From the NCBI GenBank assembly GCA_005768725.1, contig VAFM01000002.1, forward strand, positions 546,048-610,047: a DNA stretch of 64,000 nt. Direction: 5' to 3'. The stretch is from Blastochloris viridis. GTDB taxonomy: Bacteria > Pseudomonadota > Alphaproteobacteria > UBA2136 > UBA6156. A model generated the notes under the pieces. It was not told the DNA's origin. It made no database searches and saw only the letters and a program-made list of their open reading frames with translations. Both the position numbers and the translations under genes were made by a program. This document shows, piece after piece, positions 1-10,520 of the stretch. Every line of letters begins with the position of its first letter. Within the stretch, counting starts at the first letter, position 1.

Positions 1-61
1 CACCTTATTTGTAGGATGAACTTAAAAGTTTCCTACGTGGCAACCGAGAAGGAGTATTCTC

Positions 62-430
62 ATGCATGCCGCCCACCCTGCCCACTCCCGTGCCCTCACT
101 CGCGACTTCCAGACGGAGCTCGATGCGTATTATACGCGCGTCAAAGCCCCGTCAGAGGCCCCGCGTGCCGATGTCCGCACCCGTGTCGCCCTCCCCCCGC
201 GCGACGCCGCAACACCGGAGTTCGATGCGGACAAAGCGATTGCGGAACTCTGCACTCCGCCGGTCGTCAAGGCAGCTCACCTGCCGTCGCACTCCTTCCG
301 TGCCCAGACCCCGGCGCGCCAGCGCCAGCCGGACCCCCGCAAGTCGGATGCCCGCCTGCCTCCGCACGAAAAGAGCCAGGACTACCTGTATCTCAACGCC
401 CACCAGCGGGAACAGGTCGCCTACTTCTAA
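62..430 (+). CDS. hypothetical protein; one of three overlapping ORFs at the window start, this frame reads most protein-like
   Basis: Six-frame ORF track. Residues such as DFQTELDAYYTRV and DYLYLNAHQREQVAYF read like protein rather than a GC-rich artefact. No recognisable motif. Confidence 0.2.
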   Translation: MHAAHPAHSRALTRDFQTELDAYYTRVKAPSEAPRADVRTRVALPPRDAATPEFDADKAIAELCTPPVVKAAHLPSHSFRAQTPARQRQPDPRKSDARLPPHEKSQDYLYLNAHQREQVAYF

Positions 431-565
431 CCGATACCCTCAGGCCGCCTTCGGGCGGCCTTTGGCTTGCGTATAACTCTTTACAACACAGGTCAGACAG
501 GCGCAGACTGTAAATGTTCTGAAGCATTTGTACTGCGTGCACTCTCACTACGGGGAACAACCGAG

Positions 566-892
566 ATGCGCATCCTGAAACTCCTGATCTGTCTGGGAAG
601 CCTTACCCTTCCCGCACCGGCGGCATTCGCCTCCCTCCTCCTGCCCGAGACCACCCTCGCCGAGCGCCCAACCGGCCTTAACGTCGCCTGCTCGGCCGAT
701 AACTACGAGCGTATCCGCCGCGAGATGTACTACTGGCTGCGCCAGAATGGCTGGCAACCACCGTCCGACTTCTACGAGATGGCGGTAGACGAGCTGCCGC
801 GCGTGATGCGCCTGTTGGGCCGTCCGGCGGTGGCCGCCGAGGTGGAAGAGAAACTCAGCTTTACTCTCCACCACTGTATGGCCTCCCAATAA
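566..892 (+). CDS. small secreted hypothetical protein with a signal peptide
   Basis: Internal ATG at 566 begins a typical Sec signal (MRILKLLICLGSLTLPAPAAFA). The ORF ends just before a terminator hairpin. Confidence 0.4.
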   Translation: MRILKLLICLGSLTLPAPAAFASLLLPETTLAERPTGLNVACSADNYERIRREMYYWLRQNGWQPPSDFYEMAVDELPRVMRLLGRPAVAAEVEEKLSFTLHHCMASQ

Positions 893-908
893 GCGACTCA
901 AAACACAC

Positions 909-938
909 AAAAACCGCCGGTTCTTCGGCGGTTTTTGG
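909..938. terminator. bidirectional rho-independent terminator between convergent genes
   Basis: GC hairpin ccgccggttcttcggcgg followed by ttttt. It sits between the stop of the + ORF at 892 and the stop of minus-strand ddl at 957. Confidence 0.7.
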
Positions 939-956
939 CGTCCGCTGGGTAAGTAC

Positions 957-2156
957 TTACACCCCGCGTTTGGGGAAGATCGAACCGCCGTTGGCCACGG
1001 GGTCGATCACGCGCACGCGGTTGCGCGACCGCTGGCGGGCTTCCACCAGCATGTCGTCCAGCAGCTCGCTGTAACCCACGCTGGGCGTCGCTGCTTCCCA
1101 TAAAAAGTACCCGAAGCTGCCCGGCAGCGGGTTGACCTCATTGAACCAGATCTCGCCGGTCTGCTCGTTGCACAAAAAGTCCAGGCGCGGCGCCCCCGCC
1201 AGGTCCAGCGCTTCGAACAATGCCACCGCCCACGCCCGCAACTGGGTCGCGCGGCCGTCATCCAGCTCCGGCGGATTAATGATGCGGGTCGCATTCACCA
1301 GTCCCGGGTTGCTGCCGCCGGAAAGCTTGCTCGCCATATCGCCGCTCAGGTACTTGTCCTTGAAGGTATAACTCTCGTCCTTGCGCAGCGGGCGCTCAAT
1401 CGCACTGGTAATCACCGTGCCGTCCGGCTTGCGGCGTACCGCCACGTTGTACTCAATCAGGTTGGGGATGCACCGCTGCACCAGCGCGGCGTGGTCCAGC
1501 CGGAACACCTCGGTCAGCGCCATGCGCGCGTCATCCGGCGTTTTGGCGACACGGGCACCGATGCTGCTGCCTAAGTAGTTGGGCTTTACAAACACAGGGT
1601 AGTCACCGCGCCAGCTGTCCAGCTTGTCATCCAGGTCGTCATCCTTGCTCACGAACATGGTCGGCGGAATCGGTAAGCCCGCGCGTTCCGCCGCACCCAG
1701 CGTCCACATTTTATGAATGGTCAGCGCCATGGCGTCCACACCCCCGCCCACGAACGGAATCTTCTCCGCCGCCAGCACGCCTTGCAGCGTACCATCTTCC
1801 CCCCACGTGCCGTGCAGCGCAGGGATGATCATATCGAACTCTAAGCTCTTGGGCTTGGAAAGCAAGCCTCCACCGCCCACCTCGCGCAGCAGCCAGTGGC
1901 CGCCTTCATACGCTGCACCTACGTTCAGGCTCACACGCGTCAGGCTGCGCTTGGTCGCGGCGTCCGGCAGGTAGTTTTTGCGGTCGCGTAAGGCGTCGCC
2001 CACCCACCATTGACCATCCAGACCGACATACACCGGAAAAGCGTCATACTTTGCGGGGTTTAACGCTTCCAATACTTCCAGGCCGGTCAGCACGCTCACA
2101 TCGTGTTCACTGCTCAGACCGCCGAAAACAACGGCGACTTTGATTTTTTCAGACAT
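957..2156 (-). CDS. ddl: D-alanine--D-alanine ligase, long form
   Basis: N-terminus MSEKIKVAVVFGGLSSEHDVSVLTG plus ATP-grasp body; about 400 aa. Start chosen at MSEKIK, giving a 1 nt gap after the stop of upstream ORFs. Confidence 0.85.
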   Translation of the reverse strand: MSEKIKVAVVFGGLSSEHDVSVLTGLEVLEALNPAKYDAFPVYVGLDGQWWVGDALRDRKNYLPDAATKRSLTRVSLNVGAAYEGGHWLLREVGGGGLLSKPKSLEFDMIIPALHGTWGEDGTLQGVLAAEKIPFVGGGVDAMALTIHKMWTLGAAERAGLPIPPTMFVSKDDDLDDKLDSWRGDYPVFVKPNYLGSSIGARVAKTPDDARMALTEVFRLDHAALVQRCIPNLIEYNVAVRRKPDGTVITSAIERPLRKDESYTFKDKYLSGDMASKLSGGSNPGLVNATRIINPPELDDGRATQLRAWAVALFEALDLAGAPRLDFLCNEQTGEIWFNEVNPLPGSFGYFLWEAATPSVGYSELLDDMLVEARQRSRNRVRVIDPVANGGSIFPKRGV

Positions 2157-2284
2157 AGAATTGTTACCCCCTTGCGTCACCCCCATCGTACCCAAATCCC
2201 GCAAACCCACAACAGGCTTTGCCAAAACCCATGGCATCCCGTACCACTTATCGTAACCGAATACACAACGACTGCTTGTCCGCC

Positions 2285-3076
2285 ATGCCGCAATCCACCC
2301 GCTTCGAACACAACGCCGCCACCCTGCGTGCCGAGCCGTTGACCGAAGCTGCCGGGCCGATCCGCTTGGTCTGGCTGCACGGCTGGGGCCAGTCGCGGGA
2401 GGCTTTGCGCCCGCTGGCCGAAAGTCTCTCCGTGCTGGGCGAAAGCTGGATTCTCGACCTCCCCGGCCACGGCGAAGCCCCGAACCCGCCGGAACCCTAT
2501 GACCCCGCCAAATACGCCAAATTGGTCGCCGCCTGGCTGATGACTCAGCCCGTCTGCCCGACCGTGATTCTTGGCCACAGTCTGGGTTTTCGTGTGGCCG
2601 TGCATATGGCGCACCAACGCACCCAAAGCCTGATGGGTCTCGTCTCCTTGGCGGGTGCCGGCGTACCGCGCGCCTTGTCGGCCAAGGAAAAATCCCGCCG
2701 CCGCCTCATCCGCGGGGCCATGAAGCTGGCCAAGCTCCTCAAACCGGTGCTCGGTGAAGGTTTACTCAATACGCTGCGCCAGAAGTTCGGCAGCAGCGAT
2801 TACAAGAATGTCTCGGAAGGCCTGCGCCCGACCTTTATTGCGGTGGTGAACGACAACGTCACCAGTATCGCCCCGTCGGTGACGCTACCGACACTCCTTA
2901 TATATGGCGATGCCGACACCGAAACTCCGCCCTCGGTCGGCCAGAAGTTCTTAAGTCTCCTGCCGCAGGCCCAGCTCAAGATCCTCCCGCATCAGACCCA
3001 CTACACTGTGCTGGCCGGGGGCCGTCATGTGGTGGCACCTTTGGTTCGCGACTTTATTTCCACATTGGAGCGCTAG
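2285..3076 (+). CDS. alpha/beta-fold hydrolase
   Basis: LVWLHGWGQSREALRPL ... LDLPGHGEAP ... ILGHSLGFRVAV (GxSxG nucleophile elbow) ... LIYGDADTETP. Start set at the internal Met. Confidence 0.75.
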   Translation: MPQSTRFEHNAATLRAEPLTEAAGPIRLVWLHGWGQSREALRPLAESLSVLGESWILDLPGHGEAPNPPEPYDPAKYAKLVAAWLMTQPVCPTVILGHSLGFRVAVHMAHQRTQSLMGLVSLAGAGVPRALSAKEKSRRRLIRGAMKLAKLLKPVLGEGLLNTLRQKFGSSDYKNVSEGLRPTFIAVVNDNVTSIAPSVTLPTLLIYGDADTETPPSVGQKFLSLLPQAQLKILPHQTHYTVLAGGRHVVAPLVRDFISTLER

Positions 3077-4676
3077 CGTGTTCCTGCCCCTCGCTTTTGC
3101 CGCAACCACTGCCTACTTCACGACTCTGCGCCTGCGCACCTACCTCCATCCCTTCCAGCAGGAAGAGTACGACAGCCCTCGTCTGCTGCAATGGTGGAAG
3201 GACAAACGCGCCTACGACAGGTATGCAAGTTTGGGCCTCGCCATCGGCGCTCCCTTTGGGTTTTTGCAGGCGTCCGCCCCAACGCTTACCGCTATTCTGT
3301 GGCTTGTCCTGAAGGCGCGACAGGAGCCCGACCCCACGACCACCGCCAAAAAAGCACTTGTCCTCACACAACGTGCCCGCCACATCTGGTACTTAGCCGC
3401 AGGGCTGAACCTGCCGGTGCTTATCGCCCTTACTGTCGCCCCTCTACCCGCCTGGGTACAGGTGCTGCTGCTCATCGCTCATATCCAGACCTTGCCACCC
3501 TACCTGATGGCAGCCAATACGCTGCTTCGCCCCCTCCAAACCTGGCAGAACAAAAAGTATACAACCGAGGCGCGCACCCTCCTCACCCGCCTGAAGCCCA
3601 CCACCATTGGCCTTACCGGGTCGTTCGGCAAAACCAGCACCAAGTACCTTCTTAATCATATCCTTTCGGCAAGTGCCCCGACTCTTGCCACCCCCGGCAG
3701 TGTGAATACACCTCTCGGCATTGCCCGCATCGTGCGCGAGCAACTCCAGCCCAACCATCAGTATTTTCTGGCCGAAATGGGCGCCTACGGTCCCGGCAGT
3801 ATCGCCGGTTTGTGCAAGCTTGCGCCACCCGATATCGCCTGCATCACCGCCGTCGGCGAAGCCCACTACGAGCGTTTCAAGTCGCTCGAGACAGTCGCAC
3901 AGGCCAAATTCGAACTCGCCGAAGCCACCCTCGCCCGCGGAGGTAAATGTATTCTGAATGTCGATGGTATTCCCGACCATCTCTGGCAGCCGCGCGTCGC
4001 GCAAAATTCCGCAGCCTATCGCTTGGTCTCAACCCGACCGGACGTTCTGCGTGACGGTGACACTCTCCTTTCCGAAATCGTGCAGGCTCCCAAAGGCTTG
4101 GCCCTTACCCTCACCCGTAACGGCGAAGCGACCCCCATCCAGACCCCTCTTTTTGGTCATGTTCAGGCCGGCAACATCGCAGTTGCGTATGCACTGGCCG
4201 CCGAGCTGGGCCTGAAACCCAAGGCGATTGCCGCCGCGCTCAGTACTGCCCAGGCCGCTCCGCACCGCCTGTCTGTCCAGCAAATAGGCACGCAAACACT
4301 TATTGATGATGCCTATAACGCGAATCCTCAAGGCTTTAGCACGGCGCTGGAAACGCTGACCCTGCTGGGCCATGCCGACCCAGATCATCCGCGTCGCCGT
4401 ATACTTGTCACCCCGGGGCTGGTGGAGCTCGGCACCGCCCATGCCGAAGTCCATGCCAGGCTCGGCAAACTGTCTGCCACCCACGCCGATATCATCCTCG
4501 CCATCCAGCCGCAGCGCATTCCGACCTTTGTAGAAGCCGCCAAAGCCACCGAACTCCACACCTTTGCTACCTTGGCCGAGGCCCGCACCTGGCTGCAAAC
4601 CCACGGCCAGCCGACCGATGTGATCCTGCTGGCCAACGACCTTCCCGACCGCTACGAAGCCCGCTGGACGCTTTAA
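3027..4676 (+). CDS. Mur-ligase family protein (MurF-like) with an unusual ~190-aa hydrophobic N-terminal extension; start uncertain
   Basis: P-loop LTGSFGKTSTKYLL; central domain GxxNTPLGI...EMGA; C-terminal LIDDAYNANPQGF (Mur ligase C domain). N-terminal part has 4-5 predicted TM helices. The ORF overlaps the end of the hydrolase gene by 50 nt. Confidence 0.7.
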   Translation: MWWHLWFATLFPHWSASVFLPLAFAATTAYFTTLRLRTYLHPFQQEEYDSPRLLQWWKDKRAYDRYASLGLAIGAPFGFLQASAPTLTAILWLVLKARQEPDPTTTAKKALVLTQRARHIWYLAAGLNLPVLIALTVAPLPAWVQVLLLIAHIQTLPPYLMAANTLLRPLQTWQNKKYTTEARTLLTRLKPTTIGLTGSFGKTSTKYLLNHILSASAPTLATPGSVNTPLGIARIVREQLQPNHQYFLAEMGAYGPGSIAGLCKLAPPDIACITAVGEAHYERFKSLETVAQAKFELAEATLARGGKCILNVDGIPDHLWQPRVAQNSAAYRLVSTRPDVLRDGDTLLSEIVQAPKGLALTLTRNGEATPIQTPLFGHVQAGNIAVAYALAAELGLKPKAIAAALSTAQAAPHRLSVQQIGTQTLIDDAYNANPQGFSTALETLTLLGHADPDHPRRRILVTPGLVELGTAHAEVHARLGKLSATHADIILAIQPQRIPTFVEAAKATELHTFATLAEARTWLQTHGQPTDVILLANDLPDRYEARWTL

Positions 4677-4781
4677 GTCTCTCTTCCGCTTGCGGTTCCA
4701 CCTCCCCCGCCCTACATCTAAAGGCAGCTAGTCCCGTACAAGCTCTATCTCTCCCTGTCCTCTTACCTAAAGGAGTCCGCC

Positions 4782-5066
4782 ATGAAAAAGGCGATTCTTG
4801 GAATACTCATGCTGGCGTCTGTTCCGGTTGGGGCCTATGCCCAGTCAGTGCCGGAGCCCTATCGGGCGGACGTCATTCTCTATCGCTGCAGCGATACGAT
4901 CACGTCCCAGACCGCACATCGCATCGAAGCCAGCTACTACAAGATCAATATGGGTAGCCGCACATTGATTCGTTTGTCCTACATCGCCACAGCGGTCGGC
5001 GACAAAGACCGAATCAAGAATTACTGCGACAATCTGGCCAAGGCTGCCGCCAAATATATACGCTGA
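4782..5066 (+). CDS. small secreted hypothetical protein (94 aa)
   Basis: Signal peptide MKKAILGILMLASVPVGAYAQ; preceded by an aggag RBS; followed by a terminator. GC looks lower than surrounding DNA. Confidence 0.5.
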   Translation: MKKAILGILMLASVPVGAYAQSVPEPYRADVILYRCSDTITSQTAHRIEASYYKINMGSRTLIRLSYIATAVGDKDRIKNYCDNLAKAAAKYIR

Positions 5067-5087
5067 CGAAGGTTGGCCCTCGACACC

Positions 5088-5118
5088 GAAAGGCCCGCCC
5101 CGCGCGGGCCTTTCGCAT
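5088..5118 (+). terminator. rho-independent terminator
   Basis: cgaaaggcccgccccgcgcgggcctttcgca hairpin. Confidence 0.6.
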
Positions 5119-5232
5119 ACACAAATGCCAGAAAACCAAGCAAATCAAGCCCGTGTTCCGCGTGGAACTTGACGTTCACGTTGCACGGCGTACGCTGAAG
5201 GTGTTCACGTCCCTCTTGAACGGAGACATCCC

Positions 5233-5640
5233 ATGCGTACCTCTTTCGTCGTACTGGCCAGCCTTGCGCTGGCGTATCCCGCATATGCAGCGTATAGCCC
5301 GAGCCCCGAGATTCAAGCAGATACCAAGCCTGTGCTCCAGATGACATCGCTTTGCGAGGTCGTTCAAACAGGATTTGCAGACCTGAAGGACCATCTCGTC
5401 GCGCGCCAATCCAATGCCGTCATGGCCACGGCGCTTAAATCCACCACCAGCCCGAGCCAGTTGGTGCTGGCATTGGGTCTGTTACAGAAACCGCCTGCCC
5501 TGAAGACAGGTCAACCGACTGAACTGCTCATCAGTCTCTCCTACAGTTTTCTGCAAGGTGTGGCGTCGATGGATGATCAGGCCGGCAATGCCCTCGTTCT
5601 TATGCTGCTGGAAGCCAAGGGCGTATGCGCACACAGCTGA
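5233..5640 (+). CDS. small secreted hypothetical protein (135 aa)
   Basis: Signal peptide MRTSFVVLASLALAYPAYAAY; terminator downstream. Confidence 0.5.
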   Translation: MRTSFVVLASLALAYPAYAAYSPSPEIQADTKPVLQMTSLCEVVQTGFADLKDHLVARQSNAVMATALKSTTSPSQLVLALGLLQKPPALKTGQPTELLISLSYSFLQGVASMDDQAGNALVLMLLEAKGVCAHS

Positions 5641-5678
5641 AAGGATCAATCCTACCTCTCGGCACGTCCCAAACCTGA

Positions 5679-5707
5679 CCGGCCTTCTCTCCCGAAGGCC
5701 GGTTTTT
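5679..5707 (+). terminator. rho-independent terminator
   Basis: ccggccttctctcccgaaggccgg followed by ttttt. Confidence 0.7.
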
Positions 5708-5789
5708 GCATGCCGGCCAGCAGGAAAAACGCAGGTGTTGTAAGGTCTTCCCGCTTGACGAATGACCCCCAAGTGCCTATCCAAGAGGC

Positions 5790-7694
5790 ATGTCAGCACT
5801 TACCAACGCCACGAATCCCCTCACCGCCACCTATGACGTTATCGTTGTGGGAGGTGGCCATGCGGGGAGTGAAGCCGCCGCCGCCGCCGCCCGTATGGGG
5901 GCTAACACGCTGTTACTAACAGGCAATCTCGATACCATCGGCCAGATGTCCTGCAACCCGGCCATCGGTGGTCTGGCCAAGGGGCACCTGGTGCGGGAGA
6001 TCGACGCGCTGGACGGTATCATGGGCCGCATGACCGATATCGCCGGTCTGCAGTTCCGCATGCTCAACGCCAGCAAGGGTCCCGCCGTACGTGGCCCGCG
6101 TGCCCAGGCCGATCGCAAGCTTTACCGTGAAGCCGTGCAACATGAGCTCTTCGCAACCCCCAATCTCACCATCCGCCAGTCGGAGGTGACGGACGTTGAG
6201 TTGGACGATACCGGTCGCGCCCGCGTGGTGGTGTGCTCCAGCGGCTGGCGTTTTGCCGCCGAGGCGATCGTCATTACCACCGGCACCTTCCTGCGCGGCT
6301 TGATTCACATTGGCCAGCAGCAGCAGGTCGGCGGCCGTGCCGGAGAATCCGCCAGTATCCGTCTGGCCGACCGCATCAAACAGATGGGCTTCCGTACGGG
6401 GCGCCTCAAAACCGGTACCCCGCCGCGCCTGAACACCAAAACGATTAATTACAGTGGCTTGGAAGAACAGCCCGGCGATACCCCGCCCCTGCCGTTCAGT
6501 TTTCTGAGTTCCACTATTTCACAGCCGCAGCTGCCGTGCCATGTCGCTTATACTAATGAGGCGACGCACGAGGTCATCCGCCAGAATCTGCACCGTAGCC
6601 CCATGTACAGCGGCCAGATCGAAGGCACAGGGCCGCGCTACTGCCCGAGCATCGAGGATAAGGTCGTCCGCTTCGCCGAAAAGACCGGCCACCAGATCTT
6701 CCTGGAGCCGGAAGGCTATGATTCGCTTGAGGTTTACCCCAATGGTATTTCTACCTCTCTGCCGATCGACGTCCAGCACGCCATCCTCCGCACCATTCCG
6801 GGGCTGGAGAACGCTGAGATCCTGCGTCCCGGCTATGCCATTGAATATGATTACATTGAACCCACCGAGCTGCGCCATACGCTGGAGACCAAGAAGATCC
6901 CCGGTCTGTTCTTGGCAGGCCAGATCAACGGCACTACGGGCTACGAAGAAGCGGCGGCACAGGGCTTGATGGCCGGTTTGAACGCGGCCCTCAAAGCAGC
7001 CGGCAAGCCCGCCTTCGTCCTTAACCGGTCGGAAGCCTACATCGGGGTGCTGATCGACGATCTGGTCACCCGTGGAACAAGTGAGCCGTACCGCATGTTT
7101 ACCTCTCGTGCCGAGTACCGTTTGCTCCTCCGCGCCGACAATGCCGACCTCCGACTCACGCCGCGCGGTCTGGAAATCGGGTGTATCGGAGTACAACGTA
7201 AAGGTGTGTTCGCACGTCACCAGAGTGAAGTCGCCGAGCTGTTTGCCTTCGCAAAATCCGAGAAGGTGAAGCCGTCGTCCCCCTTGGGAGGGTATGTTGC
7301 TCAACAAGCAGGCAACTACACCGCTACATGTAGTGTATTCGAAGTGCTGAAACGCCCCCAAATCGACATCTCATACGTAAAAACTTACATACCTCAACTT
7401 GCGCAGTTTTCTGCGGCTTCCATAGAGCAGCTTGATATTGAGGCACAGTATGATGGCTACCTGCAGCGCCAGCTCTCCGACGCACAACGTCTGGCCGAAG
7501 AGGAAATGCTCGAGATACCCACAACCCTCGACTACGAAATCATCGGCGGACTCTCCACCGAGGTCAAGCAAAAGCTCCGGTTGCATCAGCCCCCTACCCT
7601 TGCCGCTGCGGGTCGTATTTCCGGGGTCACGCCTGCTGCCGTGCAGGCCATCTGGCTGCATCTGCGTAAAAAAGCAGCACAGTCAGAGGCTTAG
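5790..7694 (+). CDS. mnmG: tRNA uridine-5-carboxymethylaminomethyl(34) synthesis enzyme MnmG (GidA)
   Basis: [26 protein letters not shown]-binding Rossmann motif, NPAIGG, long GidA-specific body, 634 aa. Confidence 0.95.
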   Translation: MSALTNATNPLTATYDVIVVGGGHAGSEAAAAAARMGANTLLLTGNLDTIGQMSCNPAIGGLAKGHLVREIDALDGIMGRMTDIAGLQFRMLNASKGPAVRGPRAQADRKLYREAVQHELFATPNLTIRQSEVTDVELDDTGRARVVVCSSGWRFAAEAIVITTGTFLRGLIHIGQQQQVGGRAGESASIRLADRIKQMGFRTGRLKTGTPPRLNTKTINYSGLEEQPGDTPPLPFSFLSSTISQPQLPCHVAYTNEATHEVIRQNLHRSPMYSGQIEGTGPRYCPSIEDKVVRFAEKTGHQIFLEPEGYDSLEVYPNGISTSLPIDVQHAILRTIPGLENAEILRPGYAIEYDYIEPTELRHTLETKKIPGLFLAGQINGTTGYEEAAAQGLMAGLNAALKAAGKPAFVLNRSEAYIGVLIDDLVTRGTSEPYRMFTSRAEYRLLLRADNADLRLTPRGLEIGCIGVQRKGVFARHQSEVAELFAFAKSEKVKPSSPLGGYVAQQAGNYTATCSVFEVLKRPQIDISYVKTYIPQLAQFSAASIEQLDIEAQYDGYLQRQLSDAQRLAEEEMLEIPTTLDYEIIGGLSTEVKQKLRLHQPPTLAAAGRISGVTPAAVQAIWLHLRKKAAQSEA

Positions 7695-7697
7695 CGT

Positions 7698-8324
7698 ATG
7701 GAACATGTGGAACAGGCGATTGGCCGCCCGCTGACATCGCAGGAAATCAAGCAATTACAAGACTATGCGCAGATGCTGCGCCAGTGGAATCCAAAGATCA
7801 ATCTGGTTTCGCCGACCACGCTGCCCGATCTCGAAAAGAGACATATAGTAGACAGTGCCCAGCTGGTGCCTCACCTGCCTGCGCAAGAGGGTTTGGATGT
7901 GCTGGATGTTGGCTCTGGTGCTGGTCTTCCGGGCATTATCATGGCCACTTTGGCGCCGCACCATCGTTTCACGCTGGCCGAACGGGACCAACGGAAGTGT
8001 GCTTTCCTGCATATGGCGGCCTATACGCTGGGTTTGAAGAACCTGAAAGTCCATGCGGCCGACGTAACAAAGCTGGAAAATCAATACGATATTGTCACAT
8101 GCCGCGCTTGGGCCGACATGCAGGCTATCTTTACCCTTACCTCCCCCCTCCTGAAGGAACAGGGGTCGTGGTTGCTGCTTAAAGGTAAGGCACTCGACGC
8201 AGAATTAAAGGTTTGTGAAACGATGTTTCACCTGACAGAGGAGCGTTTTCCGAGTAGAGTATCAGACATCGATGGCGGGCGTGGTTGGGTAGTCAAACTG
8301 ACACGTGGGCAAGTGAAACTTTAA
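7698..8324 (+). CDS. rsmG: 16S rRNA (guanine527-N7)-methyltransferase RsmG (GidB)
   Basis: Immediately follows mnmG. SAM-methyltransferase motif LDVGSGAGLPGI; 208 aa. Confidence 0.9.
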   Translation: MEHVEQAIGRPLTSQEIKQLQDYAQMLRQWNPKINLVSPTTLPDLEKRHIVDSAQLVPHLPAQEGLDVLDVGSGAGLPGIIMATLAPHHRFTLAERDQRKCAFLHMAAYTLGLKNLKVHAADVTKLENQYDIVTCRAWADMQAIFTLTSPLLKEQGSWLLLKGKALDAELKVCETMFHLTEERFPSRVSDIDGGRGWVVKLTRGQVKL

Positions 8325-8326
8325 CC

Positions 8327-8342
8327 GAGTTCCACGGGAAAC
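8327..8342. promoter_or_regulatory. possible degenerate parS-like centromere half-palindrome between rsmG and parA
   Basis: GTTCCACGGGAAAC compared with the parS consensus GTTTCACGTGAAAC, 2 mismatches. Positioned 3 nt after the rsmG stop and upstream of parA. Confidence 0.25.
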
Positions 8343-8439
8343 CCCGGACCCTTCTCCCCCTCATCTATAGGGTATCGCGCAGGTAGCGCCACAGCCGGAT
8401 GTCATGTCCGGTAGAGAAGGGAAATCAGGGGGGACCATC

Positions 8440-9264
8440 ATGGCCACGCGTATCATTACTCTCAGCAATCAGAAGGGTGGGGTCGGCAAAACCACTACGG
8501 CCATTAACCTGGCAACCGCCCTCGCCGCCTGCGGCAACCGCGTTCTGGTGGTCGACTTCGACCCGCAGGGGAATACCACTACCGGCTTCGGTATCGACAA
8601 ACGCAATCTCTCGGCCAGCAGCTATAGCCTGGTCATGGGCGAAACCGACCTGTCCCAGTCCACCATCGCCACCAGTGTTCCGGGGCTTTGGCTGGTGCCC
8701 AGTACGATTCACCTGAGCGGAGCCGAAGTTGAACTCGTCCCCGTTATGGCACGCGAAAACCGTTTAAAAGACGCCCTGCTGCCTGCCCAGGAAGTGTATG
8801 ACTATGTCTTTATCGATAGCCCTCCCTCTCTTGGCCTTCTGACGATTAACGCCTTGGTCGCCAGCACCGATGTGATGATCCCGCTCCAGTGCGAATTCTT
8901 TGCCATGGAAGGTCTGAGCCAGTTGTTCAAGACCATTGATCTGGTCAAGCGCAACCTCAACCCGCAGCTGGAAATGATGGGTGTGCTGCTGACGATGTTC
9001 GACAAGCGCAACAATCTCGCCCAGCAGGTGGTGAATGATGTGCGCGAACACCTCGGCGACAAAGTTTTCGATACCATTATCCCGCGTAATGTCCGCCTGT
9101 CGGAAGCCCCGTCTCACGGTGCGCCGGGCCTTATCTATGATGTGAAATCCCCCGGTTCGCAGGCCTACATCCGTCTCGCGGCCGAACTGATGCAGCGCCT
9201 GACCGTGCCGGTCGCACCTGAAGCGGCGGCTGCATCTTCCCAAACCCCGGCCCAGGCCGCCTAA
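8440..9264 (+). CDS. parA: chromosome-partitioning ATPase ParA
   Basis: IITLSNQKGGVGKTTTAINLATALA deviant Walker A; Mrp/MinD-family body. Start set at the internal Met. Confidence 0.95.
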   Translation: MATRIITLSNQKGGVGKTTTAINLATALAACGNRVLVVDFDPQGNTTTGFGIDKRNLSASSYSLVMGETDLSQSTIATSVPGLWLVPSTIHLSGAEVELVPVMARENRLKDALLPAQEVYDYVFIDSPPSLGLLTINALVASTDVMIPLQCEFFAMEGLSQLFKTIDLVKRNLNPQLEMMGVLLTMFDKRNNLAQQVVNDVREHLGDKVFDTIIPRNVRLSEAPSHGAPGLIYDVKSPGSQAYIRLAAELMQRLTVPVAPEAAAASSQTPAQAA

Positions 9265-9291
9265 CTCCAAGCAACAAGAAGGACGATAGTC

Positions 9292-10431
9292 ATGACTGAT
9301 ACCAAACCGACGCACGCCACCACCCAAACCGGCGGCACCCCTTCCCCGTTGCAATCTGTGTCCCTGCCGGGTGTCACACCCAACCCGCAGGCTCAGGCAG
9401 GCGCCATGGCCGCTATTGCGGCTGCCCAAGCTGCAGCACAGGCCACAATGTCCCAACAACAGCCCAAGCCTGCTGCAGCTCAGCCTGTAAAAGGTCTGGG
9501 GCGTGGTTTGGGTGCGCTGCTGGATGACACTGCCGCTGCTGCCGTTGCGCCGCAAATGCAAAGCGCCGCAACGCCGGCCCAGGCTGTGAAGGGTGATACC
9601 ACCCTGCCCCTCACCGCGCTGATTCCTTCCACCGTCCAGCCGCGCCGCCAGTTCGATGACACCATGCTGGAAGCCCTCACCTCCTCTATTAAGGCGCAAG
9701 GCGTGCTTCAGCCGCTGCTGGTGCGTCCGGCCAAGATGCAGGGCCAGTACGAGATTATTGGTGGCGAACGCCGCTGGCGTGCCGCCAAGGCCGCAGGCCT
9801 CAGCGTGGTGCCGGTGATCATCCGCGACCTCGACGACGGCCGTGCGCTGGAAGTCGCGCTGGTGGAGAACATCCAGCGTGCCGACCTGAACCCGCTTGAA
9901 GAAGCCACCGGTTACCAGCGTCTGGTCGCCGAGTTCAACTATACCCACGAAGATATGGCCCGTGTGACCGGTAAGTCCCGCAGCCATATTACCAACCTGC
10001 TGCGCCTGCTGGCCCTGCCGGAAAAGATCAAGGAATGTGTCAATAATGGCCTCCTGAGCATGGGTCATGCCCGTGCCCTGCTCGGTCTGGCGGAAGACCC
10101 GGAACTCCAGCTCCGTGCCGCCAACCGCGTGATCAAGAATCAACTGAGCGTGCGTGAGACCGAAGACCTGGTGCGTAACCTTGTCCGTCCCAACCAGCCT
10201 GCCCGTGGCCGCCGTCCCGCCGACCCCAAGATCTCCGCGCTGGAAACCCTGATGCAGGAACGCGTCGGCCTGAAGGTGGCCATCCGTCAGAAGGATGCCA
10301 AAGGCGGCGGTTCGGTGCGCATCTTCTTTGATAACGTGGAAGAACTGTCATCCCTGCTCAAGCGTATCGGTACCCAGCAGCAGCTGGCGCGCATGGCCGA
10401 AGCTGCTAATGAAGGTCGTATCGATATCTAG
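9292..10431 (+). CDS. parB: chromosome-partitioning protein ParB
   Basis: ParB N-domain [16 protein letters not shown] (GERRxRAA CTP motif), HTH, C-terminal dimerisation region; follows parA. Confidence 0.95.
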   Translation: MTDTKPTHATTQTGGTPSPLQSVSLPGVTPNPQAQAGAMAAIAAAQAAAQATMSQQQPKPAAAQPVKGLGRGLGALLDDTAAAAVAPQMQSAATPAQAVKGDTTLPLTALIPSTVQPRRQFDDTMLEALTSSIKAQGVLQPLLVRPAKMQGQYEIIGGERRWRAAKAAGLSVVPVIIRDLDDGRALEVALVENIQRADLNPLEEATGYQRLVAEFNYTHEDMARVTGKSRSHITNLLRLLALPEKIKECVNNGLLSMGHARALLGLAEDPELQLRAANRVIKNQLSVRETEDLVRNLVRPNQPARGRRPADPKISALETLMQERVGLKVAIRQKDAKGGGSVRIFFDNVEELSSLLKRIGTQQQLARMAEAANEGRIDI

Positions 10432-10487
10432 TATAGGAAGTGCTGTGATATCAGAAAGGTGCTGAATTAAGTAAGTGCTGACCGACA

Positions 10488-10520
10488 TTCCGACCCCTGC
10501 CCGTGTGGCAGGGGTTTGTT
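10488..10520 (+). terminator. rho-independent terminator after parB
   Basis: gacccctgcccgtgtggcaggggtttgtt. Confidence 0.65.

Noticed and set aside
16-513. Overlapping 165-aa and 136-aa + strand ORFs at the window start
   Set aside because: Pro/Arg/Cys-rich translations typical of wrong-frame high-GC reading; only the 62-430 frame looks protein-like, and even that is kept at low confidence.
8764-10143. 459-aa minus-strand ORF antisense to parA/parB
   Set aside because: Typical long antisense ORF of a high-GC genome. The sense strand encodes unmistakable ParA and ParB; the antisense product is low-complexity and Gly/Arg-rich.
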